64,000 nucleotides of DNA from a virus. The stretch is taken from the IMG/VR virus record IMGVR_UViG_3300009155_000038. One strand, given 5' to 3'. The notes under the pieces are model-generated. The model made no database searches, was not told the origin of the DNA, and saw only the letters and a program-made list of their open reading frames with translations. Made by a program: the position numbers and the translations under genes. Below, in pieces: positions 15,807 through 26,527 of the stretch (within the stretch, counting starts at the first letter, position 1; the number at the start of each line of letters is the position of its first letter).

Positions 15807-15865
15807 AGGTTTTAGTCGCTGCTGCTACTCGACTGTCTTTGTGTAATGTAATGCTGCCACGACCG

Positions 15866-16840
15866 CTAAAAAGGTTCTAGCGTGAAGTATATGATTACTT
15901 GACCGCTGCCGCCTTGATTTGCCGGTGCGCCCGACGATCCGCCCTGCCCGGGAAAAAAATCATTTCCAGCCGGCAGTAATTTACCGCCTGACGTAGGCCA
16001 CACAGGAGAACCCGAGCTACCACACTCATTACTGCGGTTATTGCCCGGGTGCCCGCCGGTAGCAGATATTGTTGTTTCTTGCCCGTTTACAGTGTATGTA
16101 AGTGTGCTCTCGCCGCCGTATTCACCGACGCGCTCGCCAACTGGAGCGCCGCCGGCTCCATTGTTTGGCGTAGTGTCAACATATCCGGGGAGGCCGCCAG
16201 CGCCAATAAAAACATAGACGTTCGGACTAAAGGTGTCGGTTATTGCAATAGACTGATAAAAGCCGCCACCGGGACCGCCATCGCAAGCGCCACCGCAACC
16301 ACCACTTTGACCAGCTGAGGATTCTCCACCGCCGCCGCCAGATCCAAGCCAAACGTTCATGTATTTCGCTGCTGGCGGAATAGTATAAGTGCCTGAAGAA
16401 CAAAGAATTAATTGCGGCAGTCCTTGCGGATCATTAATGCCACTAGCTCCACTAGCTCCACTAGCTCCACTAGCCCCGCTAGCGCCTGTTGCGCCGCTAG
16501 CACCTGTTGCACCGGTAGGGCCGGTAGGCCCGGTAACACCACTAGCCCCGCTAGCTCCACTAGCTCCACTAGCCCCGCTAGCGCCTGTTGCGCCGCTAGC
16601 ACCTGTTGCACCGGTAGGGCCGGTAGGGCCTGTAATTACACCGCCATCCGCATACAGCGCACGACGTACAGACAAGATCTGTTGGTTACCCGTAACATCG
16701 CCGCCTGCGGGATCTATCAAAACACGCAAAAATACGTCGCCGTCTGCAGCATTGACGCCAAACTCGCCTGTGACGAGATCGTTAATCGTCGGCACTGCGC
16801 CAGATACTTCACTTTTTTTGTGGACTATTCTGATCGACAT
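15866..16840 (-). CDS. Short collagen-like fibre protein with anchor module and Gly-rich head
   Basis: [28 protein letters not shown], (GAS/GAT)n tract, then a SGTYTIP...GGGGGG glycine-rich domain. Confidence 0.8.
   Translation of the reverse strand: MSIRIVHKKSEVSGAVPTINDLVTGEFGVNAADGDVFLRVLIDPAGGDVTGNQQILSVRRALYADGGVITGPTGPTGATGASGATGASGASGASGASGASGVTGPTGPTGATGASGATGASGASGASGASGASGINDPQGLPQLILCSSGTYTIPPAAKYMNVWLGSGGGGGESSAGQSGGCGGACDGGPGGGFYQSIAITDTFSPNVYVFIGAGGLPGYVDTTPNNGAGGAPVGERVGEYGGESTLTYTVNGQETTISATGGHPGNNRSNECGSSGSPVWPTSGGKLLPAGNDFFPGQGGSSGAPANQGGSGQVIIYFTLEPF
16452..16627. repeat. Perfect 77-bp tandem duplication (99-bp period) in a collagen tract
   Basis: 16452-16528 is identical to 16551-16627. 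Confidence 0.9.
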
Positions 16841-16843
16841 GAC

Positions 16844-17974
16844 TTACGCCCTTTCGATATACGGTCCGGGCGGCGTTGTGATGTAGTTAGGCAACGAAAT
16901 TACGCCATACATTTTGACACGCGCGTAAGCGTCAACCAGCGCCGTATCGTCATACATCGCTACACCATATCGCAACCACTCACGGGAAGAGGCGGTGTTC
17001 AGATGTTCTTCCGAAAAAGGCCACACAGCGCCGGGCATAGTGAATTGCGCCATATAGAGCATAGCGGCTTTGATACTGCCGATACGGTTTTCGCCTACGT
17101 GATTCCACAAGTCTACGCCAAGGTTTCCGGCCATAGTCGCAAGCCGGCACAGTAGTGTCAGGTTAAATTCGCAGTAGCGCCGGTTAGTGACACGCGACAT
17201 CTCTAACGCCTGCTTTCCCTCTGTGTCGATCTGCGCGTCCAATAACGCCGGCACGTTTGCATTCAAATATGCAATTGCTTCATCGCGCTTGTCAGCTGCG
17301 CATAGGTAAGCAACACGCTGAGTGACATACGACGTTTTGATATTATGGCTGTAACCGTCTTGAATAATTCCACGCGGTGAGGTCACAAACCAATCAGCTA
17401 GCGCTGTGAACCAATCTTTCATGACAGCCGTATCTTCCGCCGTCCAACTTGGCGTGGCACTCAAGATCTCAACAAAGTCGACAATGAGCGGAAACCTGTC
17501 GAAATCAATGACGGCGCCACGGATCTTTAGATCAGCGCGACTTGCACCAAATACGACCTGACTGTACGTCAAGTCTGGATTCATTTTTGTTGCTGGCGCA
17601 ATAAAGAAAAACCGTAGCAGCTCAACAGCGCGCGCAGCGTGACTAGCATCGCCGGTTGTTTTGTACGCAATCACCAGACTCTGTACAGCATAAAGCATGT
17701 TGTATAAGTACTTGGAGTCGGACGTTTGCGCAGCTTCTGGGTTGCGCACGCCATCGCGACGAATGTACGGAAAACCAGTTTCTGTCGCCGGGTCTGGGTG
17801 ATAATACGGCGCAATACTTGTATAGTTGTTCGCGCCAGTCAGCTGTTTAATAGCAGCCTCGTTCTGCGTTACGCTGATATCAGGCATGGCGAGAAGCGAT
17901 GCCGCGTCAGTCAAAAACGAGACGCCCGCCGCGGCGGGGATATTTTGCAGCCGCTGTGGATTAACGAATAGCAT
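16844..17974 (-). CDS. Alginate lyase (PL5-like) homologue / polysaccharide depolymerase
   Basis: Y.SIAPYYHPDP...GFPYIRRDGVRNPE, FFIAPATKMNPDLTYSQ and EMSR...Y..FNL motifs of the Alginate_lyase family. No signal peptide or fibre anchor. Confidence 0.8.
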   Translation of the reverse strand: MLFVNPQRLQNIPAAAGVSFLTDAASLLAMPDISVTQNEAAIKQLTGANNYTSIAPYYHPDPATETGFPYIRRDGVRNPEAAQTSDSKYLYNMLYAVQSLVIAYKTTGDASHAARAVELLRFFFIAPATKMNPDLTYSQVVFGASRADLKIRGAVIDFDRFPLIVDFVEILSATPSWTAEDTAVMKDWFTALADWFVTSPRGIIQDGYSHNIKTSYVTQRVAYLCAADKRDEAIAYLNANVPALLDAQIDTEGKQALEMSRVTNRRYCEFNLTLLCRLATMAGNLGVDLWNHVGENRIGSIKAAMLYMAQFTMPGAVWPFSEEHLNTASSREWLRYGVAMYDDTALVDAYARVKMYGVISLPNYITTPPGPYIERA

Positions 17975-18710
17975 TTTTGAAATCCTCTGTTAGCCGAACA
18001 ACGCTGTCAAAATTATAGATGAATTCGCCGGAAGTCATGCACTGATTGGGACAGTAGTTTCGCAGGGCTAAATTCTGCTGCATTTTCTCTGTGTTTAATG
18101 CGTGCATTTGCTCCCAGCTAAGATCCGACGCAAAGTTTCGCACCGTGTCTTCTTTTACGTTCAGAATAGCGCCAATATCGGGCACAACATTGACAAAATT
18201 ATAGCCAATAATCCCGCATCGCGCCCTCAGATCCACATCGTGTTTGGCCGCCGGCAAAAATGACTCGTCGTAGCCGCCGACAAACTCGAAGATTTTACGG
18301 GCGCAACCAATACGGCCGTACACACCGCGTTTAAACAAGTCGCAGCAAATACCGTCATACCGGCCCACGCGACGTATATGGGCAGACGTATCGCCAATGA
18401 AGTTATCGGCGTCTAGGTTGAACAAATAGTCGCCAGAACTAAGCCGCGCAGCAAAGTTCTTTGCCACAGGGATTGAGTACGCCTGCGGTCGGGAGCGGTA
18501 GTAGTGCACGTGAGCAGGAAATACTGGAAACTCGTCTGCGATAAATGCGTCTAGCCCGTCTGAAGAATCGCAGTCAACGATAACCCATTCTGTGTCGGGG
18601 TTATCTAAAACGTGCGCGAGGTTATGCGCAAATACCTGTTCGAATTGCGGCAGCCTGTTTTTGATCTGCGTGCAGTACGAAATAAACATAACACGATTGC
18701 GCCACATCAC
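17961..18710 (-). CDS. GT-A fold glycosyltransferase (GT2 / galactosyltransferase-like)
   Basis: EWVIVDCDSSDG, AKNFAARLSSGDYLFNLDAD (DxD) and VGGYDESF...HDVDL. The start may instead be ATG 18689. Confidence 0.85.
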   Translation of the reverse strand: MMWRNRVMFISYCTQIKNRLPQFEQVFAHNLAHVLDNPDTEWVIVDCDSSDGLDAFIADEFPVFPAHVHYYRSRPQAYSIPVAKNFAARLSSGDYLFNLDADNFIGDTSAHIRRVGRYDGICCDLFKRGVYGRIGCARKIFEFVGGYDESFLPAAKHDVDLRARCGIIGYNFVNVVPDIGAILNVKEDTVRNFASDLSWEQMHALNTEKMQQNLALRNYCPNQCMTSGEFIYNFDSVVRLTEDFKNAIR

Positions 18711-19927
18711 GCGGCGGAGATGATCATCCAGCTTGTGCCGCAGTAGTCCACGTCAGATGTCCCAGCAAACCAAATGTAATCGCCAGCAGCCATTGAGATT
18801 GACAGGTTGTTCAAGACCCCGCCGCCGACGACGCTATATACCGTGCTGTCTGTGCTTGTGGCGAACGTTCTTTTCTTTATGTAGACGGTTTGCGGATACG
18901 TTCCAACGTCCCCGCTGTCATCATAAAAATCGCCACTGAACGAAACAGTGCAAGCAGCCGTTGCAGTAAACTTGAGGGTAGCATCAAAACCTGCGCCGGG
19001 TGAGTAATACGGGGCCGCAGTAGTACCGCGACCAACAAACTGATGAGCACCCGGAACGGTGACATTTAGTTTTGCTGCCGTGATAGTACCGGCAGTCGGT
19101 AAAGCCGCAGTCGGAACCGGAATTGTAGAACTGGTATAGCCCCGAGATGATCCGCGAGTCACACGTAAATCATCTATGTATCCAGCGAAATCAAGTCCGC
19201 TGTTCGCCGAACCATAGCTGCCGATGTACGTATTGTTGCCCCCGACATAGTTATAAAGCCAGTTGTAGTTAAAGCTGTCGCTGGTAGTGCTTCCAACTTG
19301 ACTGCCGTTTACATAGGCACGTAGCGAACCAGAAGTTCTAGCAAAAGCAGCGTGGAACCAAGTGTTCGTTGGAAGCGCTGCAGAAAATGTAAGCGTCTGC
19401 CACGAGGCGTTGCTAACACCGAAGCGAGATAATTGCAAGCCGGCGCTGTTTGCTGAAAACGCAAAAGACCTATATGCATTCAGCGTTGACGGCGCCTTAG
19501 AAAAAAAAGTGCCCCCGCCGCTTGATGTGCTGAGCGTGGGGATATAAAGCCACGCTTCAACGGCATAATCAACAATTGCCGTTGAATAATTTTCCGGGAA
19601 TGAAAGACTTGTATAAATATTATTTGGAAGTTCAATGCGGCTTGATGTTCCAGTGAAATACGCAGATGACCCGCCCCACGACGCGCGACCGTTTGTGGTT
19701 GATTGCGTTGCGCCGGTAGCCGTAAGCGTGCGAGCGTAAGGCGACGAATCAACAAAAGTGCCGCCAGACCCGTCGGCCAGCATCAGCAATGTAACGTAAT
19801 CCCAATATGGATCAGTGGCGACATTGACAGCAGGCCACACTTGCGTTGCGCCAAGATAAACTTTGCTAACGGCTGTGCTGCCTAATTTATAGGTGGTCGG
19901 CTGCGCTGAGCCTAGATAAATAGACAC
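18707..19927 (-). CDS. LamG-domain virion protein
   Basis: MSIYLGS...VSKVYLGATQVWP N-terminus; DPYW..VTLLM.ADG...WFHAAFAR...YIDDLRVT. Confidence 0.8.
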   Translation of the reverse strand: MSIYLGSAQPTTYKLGSTAVSKVYLGATQVWPAVNVATDPYWDYVTLLMLADGSGGTFVDSSPYARTLTATGATQSTTNGRASWGGSSAYFTGTSSRIELPNNIYTSLSFPENYSTAIVDYAVEAWLYIPTLSTSSGGGTFFSKAPSTLNAYRSFAFSANSAGLQLSRFGVSNASWQTLTFSAALPTNTWFHAAFARTSGSLRAYVNGSQVGSTTSDSFNYNWLYNYVGGNNTYIGSYGSANSGLDFAGYIDDLRVTRGSSRGYTSSTIPVPTAALPTAGTITAAKLNVTVPGAHQFVGRGTTAAPYYSPGAGFDATLKFTATAACTVSFSGDFYDDSGDVGTYPQTVYIKKRTFATSTDSTVYSVVGGGVLNNLSISMAAGDYIWFAGTSDVDYCGTSWMIISAA

Positions 19928-19931
19928 AGCA

Positions 19932-20612
19932 TTACCCCGTGACTATGTACAGCGTAGTAGCACTTGGCGAACCAATTGCCGCGTACGCAGATGCCGACAA
20001 TGACACAATATTTGTGATTGCGCTAGCGCCGGTAATGCCAGTAATGTTGCTGGCTACACCCGGGCCAGTGGCGCCTGTAGCGCCGGCAGAACCAGAAGAT
20101 CCAGCGGGGCCAGTTGCACCGGTGGGCCCAGTTGCGCCGCTAGTTCCTGTCGCGTTGCTTATCGTGTACGTTGTCCATTGTGCGCCAGCAAGGGTGGAGC
20201 TAAACACACGAGCGATTAACCGGCCAGCCGGAACAGTCACGCCGCCAACACGAAAAACATTTGGGTTATTACCCGGGTTCCAAAAAAAGTAATAGTCGCC
20301 CGTCGCCGGATCGGCAATATCGTAAGGCGTCATTCCGGTGGAATCGTCAGGCGCAGTATAGTATTGCCTTTTGTTAACTGCCGTAAAATTGTAACTTGAA
20401 AACGTGGGTATTTCCCACGCAGTGCCCGCGGGGCCAGTAGCACCCGTCGCGCCAGAACCAGCAGGGCCAGTAGCTCCAGTTACCCCGGTAGCGCCAGTTA
20501 TACCCGCATTCGCCCCAACGAGTTCCCACGCCGCACCAGTCCACGACCACGTTCGGCCATTGGCCGTATATGTTTCACCGATTGTTGGGGACGGGGGGAA
20601 TGAAAGTGCCAT
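19932..20612 (-). CDS. Short collagen-like virion protein
   Basis: MALSFPPSPTIG.TYTANGRTWSWTGAAW N-terminus, two short Gly-X-Y tracts and an ITNIVSLS...Y..I..P.ATTLYIV C-terminus. Confidence 0.75.
   Translation of the reverse strand: MALSFPPSPTIGETYTANGRTWSWTGAAWELVGANAGITGATGVTGATGPAGSGATGATGPAGTAWEIPTFSSYNFTAVNKRQYYTAPDDSTGMTPYDIADPATGDYYFFWNPGNNPNVFRVGGVTVPAGRLIARVFSSTLAGAQWTTYTISNATGTSGATGPTGATGPAGSSGSAGATGATGPGVASNITGITGASAITNIVSLSASAYAAIGSPSATTLYIVTG
20434..20483. repeat. 50-bp sequence identical to 21874-21923 in the neighbouring gene
   Basis: ccagtagcacccgtcgcgccagaaccagcagggccagtagctccagttac is present at both sites. Confidence 0.9.
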
Positions 20613-20660
20613 GGTTGATCCTGTGAATTATCAAGTATCAGTGATCGTTTCGTTGTCCAT

Positions 20661-22085
20661 TCAGACGACCGCTGGCCCAGAGTCAGGAAACGCCGCCGTG
20701 GGGACGGTTATGATGGTGCCTGTGTACGCGCGATTCTGGCCGATGGTGAGCCTGAATTCGTCTATGTATCCGGTGTACTGGCGGCCGTAGTATTCGTCGT
20801 CACCAATCCTGATTCCTCCGCTGATGTTGACGACCGTGGCCGACGACGTACCTGTTCCGACTCTGGTACCATCAACATAAAGCGACCAGTTTGAGCCAGC
20901 GCGAGAAACCGCAACGTAGTGCCACGAGCCGTCACGTAGGTTGACGCCAGATGACTGAAGGATTGGCGATGCTATGTCAGCTGCATACAGAGCAATGTCG
21001 CCAGACGTCGAGTCTGCCGAATTCATTAACAACGACCACGCACCGGACTCGTAAGAACTTGGCGAACGGCTAACCAGCGTTGCGTACTGCGTCGAGTTTG
21101 TCGTCTGCATGAAAAACTCAAGCACGAAATCGCTGTTTGACAACTCAACAGAATCGGCATCTGCAACCGAGAGGTAGTCCCCGCTACTTGAGAAATACGC
21201 GCTCTTTCCACCGAACTTGCTCTGCGATGTTGACTGCGTTACACCTCCTTCCGCAGTTATCGTCCGCGAGTATGGCGACGAATCGACAAAGGTGCCGCCA
21301 GTGCCGTCCGCGTGCAAGAGCAACGCCACGTTGTTGTAGAACGCATCTCCATTAATCGGGGTCACGCTACTCGACGGCGTCGAGTAGCTGCCAGTACCAA
21401 CAGTGTTCACGCCAGCCACCTTGAAAGTGTATGCCGTGCTGTTTGTGAGTCCGGTCTGTGTGTAGCTAGTAGATGTGCTGCCTGTACTTACAACAGTCGC
21501 ACTGCCACCTGCCGGCGTGTATTCCACCACGTATTCAGTGATCGGCGTTTGCGTCAGCACGGTCGGCGCCGCCCACGACACGGTCGCCTGCGCGTTGCCG
21601 GCCGTCGCAGTCACGCTCGTTGGGGCCGGTGGCACGAACAGGGATCGAAGGAACGGATCGGCGCCGGAGCCGCCGCACTCAGCGTAAACTCCCTGCCACT
21701 CGTAAATGCGTGCGGTGTCGGTCGCCAAATACAGAACACCAGAAACGCCTGTCGCTGGGAAACCCGCTACCGTGGCGGCGGCAATAACACCAGAACCGTC
21801 GCCGCCAGTACCTGCGGGGCCAGTAGCGCCTACGGCGCCGGCAGGGCCAGTAGCTCCAGTTACGCCTGCAGGCCCAGTAGCACCCGTCGCGCCAGAACCA
21901 GCAGGGCCAGTAGCTCCAGTTACGCCTGCAGGCCCAGTAGCACCAGAACCGCCGGTCGAAGCCAGCGCGGCAATTGCAGCCAGCGTCACTTTATTCGTCG
22001 ACGACCCGTCAGCAGTCGATACCGGCACAACGCTCGTACCAACAGCGCCTGTGGCCTGCAACTGATTGATAGCTATTTGTGTCAC
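20661..22085 (-). CDS. Collagen + FN3 + LamG virion protein
   Basis: Short Gly-X-Y tract, FN3 (APTSVTATAGNAQATVSWAAP...YTFKVAGVN) and LamG (LLLHADG...WHYVAVSR...YIDEFRLT). Confidence 0.85.
   Translation of the reverse strand: MTQIAINQLQATGAVGTSVVPVSTADGSSTNKVTLAAIAALASTGGSGATGPAGVTGATGPAGSGATGATGPAGVTGATGPAGAVGATGPAGTGGDGSGVIAAATVAGFPATGVSGVLYLATDTARIYEWQGVYAECGGSGADPFLRSLFVPPAPTSVTATAGNAQATVSWAAPTVLTQTPITEYVVEYTPAGGSATVVSTGSTSTSYTQTGLTNSTAYTFKVAGVNTVGTGSYSTPSSSVTPINGDAFYNNVALLLHADGTGGTFVDSSPYSRTITAEGGVTQSTSQSKFGGKSAYFSSSGDYLSVADADSVELSNSDFVLEFFMQTTNSTQYATLVSRSPSSYESGAWSLLMNSADSTSGDIALYAADIASPILQSSGVNLRDGSWHYVAVSRAGSNWSLYVDGTRVGTGTSSATVVNISGGIRIGDDEYYGRQYTGYIDEFRLTIGQNRAYTGTIITVPTAAFPDSGPAVV
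21841..21944. repeat. 44-bp direct repeat with 60-bp period in a collagen tract
   Basis: 21841-21884 is identical to 21901-21944. Confidence 0.85.
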
Positions 22086-22093
22086 ACAGCACC

Positions 22094-22345
22094 TTAGTAG
22101 AAGCCAATAATGTTACCGCTCGCGTCGACAAGATTCTGCCCGGAGCTGGTGACAAGTTCAACAAAGCCGCTTATCTCTCCGCCGTCAATCACTGTCAAAT
22201 AATTTAAACAAACGACATCATCGCCTGTAGTTTTGGTAAACCACAAGTTGTCTGCTGTGTTTACAGCAATTTCGCCGACCAACAACGCTGTCGTTGCTGG
22301 CACAGCGCCCGCAGTCTCGCTGTGTTTGTTGATGATCGTAGGCAT
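22094..22345 (-). CDS. 83-aa anchor-module protein
   Basis: IINKHS..AGAVP...LLVGEIAVNTAD...VIDGGEI, a paralogue of 15558..15740. Confidence 0.7.
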   Translation of the reverse strand: MPTIINKHSETAGAVPATTALLVGEIAVNTADNLWFTKTTGDDVVCLNYLTVIDGGEISGFVELVTSSGQNLVDASGNIIGFY

Positions 22346-22352
22346 TTGTTAT

Positions 22353-23735
22353 CTAAAAAGTGCCCCCGTCCAACGTCACCAAATCTAGGCTTACACCAGA
22401 AATAGATCCACCAGTGATAGCGACGTTGTTGGCTGCCTGCGTAGCCATTGAGCCAAGACCAAGCGTAGTGCGCATAGCAGAGGCGTCTGCGCCGCCAACA
22501 AGCGTACGACCAGTTGATGTGAACGACGTCGTAGCAAACGTGTCTGTGCCGCTTACATAAATAAGCTTGTCAGCCGTAACGCCAGTCAGATTGGCGATAC
22601 GCTTCAGGCGCACGTCAAGTCGCAGCTGGTTGCCATCTTTTTCAAGACCGTCTGTGACGTTTGCGACCGAAGCGGCGTCAATTGTGATCTGACCGGTGCC
22701 AGTGAACTGCGTGAATGTCAGACTAGTCGTACCGAGCGTAATCGTGTCGTTCGACGTTAAGACCCAGCCTTGGTCACCGTTTCTTGTGCCTTCGGAAATA
22801 AATGTAAACAAGCCAGCTGTAACTTCAGCGCTGCTGTCAGCGTCTGTAGCACGCGACCACGACCCGGCAGCGACAACGTAGATACCGTTTTGCGCGCCGT
22901 TCGTTTGGTCTTTTACAAGAACACGATCGCCAATTGCGAGCACAACGCCGTCAACTGTCTGTGTGCCGCTAAGCGTAATGCTCGCCGTGGTGGCTGCGCG
23001 AACAGATTGCTTGACGTCTAAGCCCTGCTGCACAGAGTTAACGTACTCTTCTGTCGCCAAGCGCTTGTTCGTCGACGAATATGCGTAACCCGTAGCGATC
23101 AGGTCGCCGCCAGCGGTGATATTGCCAGAACCCGATGTTGAAAAAGACGCCGACTGCAACGAGGTAGTAAACGAAGCAGAAGAGCTACTTGCAGTGAACG
23201 CGCTGCTGCCAATATTGATGGTCGCGGATGTCAGGCTGGCGCCCACAATCGCGCCACCGCTGCTGACGGTAAACGACGGGCTGCTTGTAGCGTTTTGCAG
23301 GCTGGTAACCGTCAGCTGATTGATCGTCGCAATATTGCGCGAGCTGTCGAGAATTAACGCCTTGCCCGCTGCCGCTGTGCCTGCGTTTACGCCAGCCAGC
23401 GTATTCAACTCGGCGGCTACCGCGGTGACGGACGTTCCGCCAATCTGGAACGTGCCCGAAATGTTGAGAGTGCCGGCAAATGTGTTGGTGAAGCCAGCCG
23501 CAAAAGAATTGCTGGCGCCAAGCTTTGCAAAATTTGTGTCGACATATGTGGTGGTGGCGTAAGCACCAGAACCACCAATTTGAATGATACTACTGGCTGT
23601 ACCGTCACCGGTATCGCCTTTCCCGTAGTATAAAATATTGTCAATTTCGTTATACGCAAGCTCTGCATTTTTGAGCGACGAGGGCGCACCAGCGGTGCCT
23701 GTAATACGCCGACGAATACGTAATGTGCTAGCCAT
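22353..23735 (-). CDS. Virion structural (tail/fibre) protein
   Basis: LRIRRR..G.AGAPSSL.NAELAYNE N-terminus, the widespread LDVKQSVRAATT...DRVLVKDQT...NGIYVV phage tail domain, and a LDGGTF end. Confidence 0.75.
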   Translation of the reverse strand: MASTLRIRRRITGTAGAPSSLKNAELAYNEIDNILYYGKGDTGDGTASSIIQIGGSGAYATTTYVDTNFAKLGASNSFAAGFTNTFAGTLNISGTFQIGGTSVTAVAAELNTLAGVNAGTAAAGKALILDSSRNIATINQLTVTSLQNATSSPSFTVSSGGAIVGASLTSATINIGSSAFTASSSSASFTTSLQSASFSTSGSGNITAGGDLIATGYAYSSTNKRLATEEYVNSVQQGLDVKQSVRAATTASITLSGTQTVDGVVLAIGDRVLVKDQTNGAQNGIYVVAAGSWSRATDADSSAEVTAGLFTFISEGTRNGDQGWVLTSNDTITLGTTSLTFTQFTGTGQITIDAASVANVTDGLEKDGNQLRLDVRLKRIANLTGVTADKLIYVSGTDTFATTSFTSTGRTLVGGADASAMRTTLGLGSMATQAANNVAITGGSISGVSLDLVTLDGGTF

Positions 23736-23750
23736 TTGTTACCTCAAAAT

Positions 23751-24008
23751 TCAAAAATTTCCGCCGTCGATAACTTGCTCAAGCCACGTAGTTAAATTGG
23801 CCGACAACGCCCACGACTGCTGCGTTTCAATAACTAATACTACCATACCCGCGCGGCGACGATCCATTGGAATAGCGTCACGCTCTGCGTTGTTGGCTAC
23901 AGCTCTGTAACCACCACTGCCGTATTTATCAATGTGCGTTGGGAACTGGTCCGCTTCTGCGCCGGGAACAATTGGCGCGCCTATATTTGTACCCAGAATT
24001 ATAGTCAT
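23751..24008 (-). CDS. Small phage structural protein
   Basis: THI..YG.GGYRAV..NAERDAIP..RRRAGM.V pattern; ends IDGGNF; translationally coupled to the upstream gene. Confidence 0.6.
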   Translation of the reverse strand: MTIILGTNIGAPIVPGAEADQFPTHIDKYGSGGYRAVANNAERDAIPMDRRRAGMVVLVIETQQSWALSANLTTWLEQVIDGGNF

Positions 24009-25342
24009 TACAGCACCTCAATAACGATATTTGAGCCATTTTGTTGATACTGGCTGCGGTAAATATTGTAGGTGGTGGCGCCGCCGGAGGCGTTTACGAA
24101 CACCCGCGAAGTCAAAATCCAAGCAGAGTTTGTAAGGCCGTTGAATTTAAAAATTGCGTCGCCGAACGTAGACGGCCAAGCAAAATAGATGTATTGCGCT
24201 GTTGGATTAAATACGCGCGATTGTGTGCGTACGGCTGAGAACTCAGACGTAAGCCCAATAATATCCGCATCTGTAAGCGTTGTCGCGTCAGAAAGGCCCC
24301 AATAACGTTTTCGAGCAAATGAGATAGTTGTTGCCGCCGAGTCGTTAATTGTGCCGCTATAGCCAAGATAAGTAAGGCTGTACGAGAGCACATACGATTT
24401 TTGCGTAGTGATATTTAAACCGGTCAGGCTATACGTGCGCAGCGTAGACGTCAGCGTTCCGACATCTGTCAAAGACTGCGCGGTAATCGTACCTTTCGAC
24501 AATGTCCAGTTAAACGTGATAGCGGACACAACCGTGCCGGCCTCAACCTGATTCACGTCATTGGTTAACAGAACCTGCGGCGTATTTGGGTTGGTCGGGT
24601 TGCTTATAGCTGTACCGATAAGATCACTTAACGCTTCGTTGACATTTGTGTAGTTCAATCCGGGGTAAGTAAAACGCACACCCGTCGCGTAAATGGGCCC
24701 AGAAACACCAACGCCTGTGGCGCCCTGAATACCTGTCGCGCCGGCTGGGCCGGTAGCGCCGATAGAGCCACTGGGCCCAGTTGCGCCGCTTACGCCCGTA
24801 ACGCCCTGCGGTCCAGAAGGCCCGCTTGGACCGACTGGGCCAGTAACATTCCCGCCGCCGTTGTCTAGGCGGGAATTCATGAACCGCGCAATAATGTCCG
24901 CCGAAAAATACGGCGGCAGCGCTCCGGCTAACGCGTCCGGCAGCGGATGCAGAATCGGCCAGCCGTTCTTTACCTCAAACAGCAAACCTTCGCCGTCTGG
25001 AATGCCGCCGTCACCACTGGTCGTCTCATCGAGCAGAATGTTTTCGCGGTTCTCGTCTTCAACGACGCATTGCACAGACCCCGAGTCTTGGGTCGTGATA
25101 GCGACAATCTTGAGAATTCGTCCTTGCCCGCTCGTGACAATGTAGTCGCCAACGTTGACGTCAAGGCCGTCGTAATAATACGGCACACGCGTCGACGGAG
25201 AACCGTGCGACTGCGAGCCAATAAAAAGCGTTGTACTCCACTGATACGGGTAGCCCTGCCACCCGTCATCTTGCGGCCACGTAGCGTATGGCGCTGTTTG
25301 CGCCATACTGAACCGCAATATTTTTGTCGGTTGAAACGCCAT
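24008..25342 (-). CDS. Virion structural protein with short collagen linker
   Basis: Central Gly-X-Y tract, Ig-like/beta-rich C-terminal part ending YIYFAWP..FG...YNIYRS. Confidence 0.65.
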   Translation of the reverse strand: MAFQPTKILRFSMAQTAPYATWPQDDGWQGYPYQWSTTLFIGSQSHGSPSTRVPYYYDGLDVNVGDYIVTSGQGRILKIVAITTQDSGSVQCVVEDENRENILLDETTSGDGGIPDGEGLLFEVKNGWPILHPLPDALAGALPPYFSADIIARFMNSRLDNGGGNVTGPVGPSGPSGPQGVTGVSGATGPSGSIGATGPAGATGIQGATGVGVSGPIYATGVRFTYPGLNYTNVNEALSDLIGTAISNPTNPNTPQVLLTNDVNQVEAGTVVSAITFNWTLSKGTITAQSLTDVGTLTSTLRTYSLTGLNITTQKSYVLSYSLTYLGYSGTINDSAATTISFARKRYWGLSDATTLTDADIIGLTSEFSAVRTQSRVFNPTAQYIYFAWPSTFGDAIFKFNGLTNSAWILTSRVFVNASGGATTYNIYRSQYQQNGSNIVIEVL

Positions 25343-25360
25343 GGCGCGACTTTTTGTGAA

Positions 25361-26176
25361 TTAGAAGAAACATACAATCCGGGCCGAGCCGCCCGCGTCG
25401 CAACCCACTACGGTATTTGAAATACGCACAGTGAACGCCGTTGTCTTTGTGCTGTTCGTTGTCGTCAGCTCGTTGGCCGCCGTGGGGTATCGAGCGTGCC
25501 ATAGTCCTGTACCAGACGTATAACCCCAGTATGTGACGTCATTAACTGGTCTTCCCACAGTGTGAGTAATCGTTACATCGTTCGTAGCGATAGAAGACGA
25601 CCAGCCGGCCGGAAGATTTGTAATGCTCGTTGGCGACGAACCGGTATAGGTAACATTAAACTCGTACACGCTGTCAGCCGCCGACGGGCCGGTAGCACCA
25701 GTGAGGCCTGTAGCGCCAACCGGACCACTGAGCCCGGAGACGCCCGGAGTACCCGGTACACCTGTGGCGCCTGTAACGCCGGTCTGCCCCTTTACGCCCG
25801 ACATGCCTGTGGCGCCAGTCGAACCGGCACCAGTAGCGCCTGTGACGCCAGCAGGCCCAGTAGGTCCCTGCGGGCCAGTCTGGCCGCGTGCAGCAGCCAC
25901 CGGTACACCACCAACTAAAACAACGGTTGGATCAGCTGTGGCGGTTACAGTCGGCGCCGGACCAGTAGGACCGGTAACACCCGCCGGGCCAGACGGACCT
26001 GTGGGGCCGGCAACACCAGTAGCGCCCATCTTCTCTGCGTCAAACAGCAGAGCCAGCGCGGAAGCAGTAACCGTCTTGGACGTATAAGGCGCCGTGGACG
26101 TGTCAACAATCGGAAGCAGGTCGGCGCCGGTTGGGGTCGTTTTTGCCGGCAGCTCAGATATCTTTTTGTTGGCCAT
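25361..26176 (-). CDS. Collagen-like virion protein
   Basis: KKISELPA.....DLLPIVD N-terminal module shared with 3978..6242, Gly-X-Y tract and small beta head. Confidence 0.8.
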   Translation of the reverse strand: MANKKISELPAKTTPTGADLLPIVDTSTAPYTSKTVTASALALLFDAEKMGATGVAGPTGPSGPAGVTGPTGPAPTVTATADPTVVLVGGVPVAAARGQTGPQGPTGPAGVTGATGAGSTGATGMSGVKGQTGVTGATGVPGTPGVSGLSGPVGATGLTGATGPSAADSVYEFNVTYTGSSPTSITNLPAGWSSSIATNDVTITHTVGRPVNDVTYWGYTSGTGLWHARYPTAANELTTTNSTKTTAFTVRISNTVVGCDAGGSARIVCFF

Positions 26177-26190
26177 AGTCTGCGCAGCCC

Positions 26191-26496
26191 CTAGTAATTA
26201 TTATCGTCGTCTTCTTCGTAGTGCCGTTGCTTATGCCCGGGTTTCTTACTCGATTTCGGGCCTTCCAGCTCATCCGCCGCTTTGTTTAACCACTTCGCCA
26301 GTTTTCGAGCGTCTGCCGGTGTTAGTAGGGGCGCCTGACTACCGTAAACGTCAATTACGACGCCTGATTCTGAGTGACCTCCAGCGTCCCAGCTACCGGC
26401 CTGTACCGTAACAGTTGGCGATTCTTTCGGATCTGCGCCCGTAAGAATGTTCTTAAATTCTATTAGATCGGGTGTATTTGCGACAACGGTAGCCAC
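26191..26496 (-). CDS. Hypothetical protein
   Basis: 101-aa ORF tiling with its neighbours, AG-rich RBS upstream, no recognisable motif. Confidence 0.6.
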   Translation of the reverse strand: MATVVANTPDLIEFKNILTGADPKESPTVTVQAGSWDAGGHSESGVVIDVYGSQAPLLTPADARKLAKWLNKAADELEGPKSSKKPGHKQRHYEEDDDNNY

Positions 26497-26527
26497 TGGT
26501 CTTTATTCCTCTCCCATTTTGTTAACA

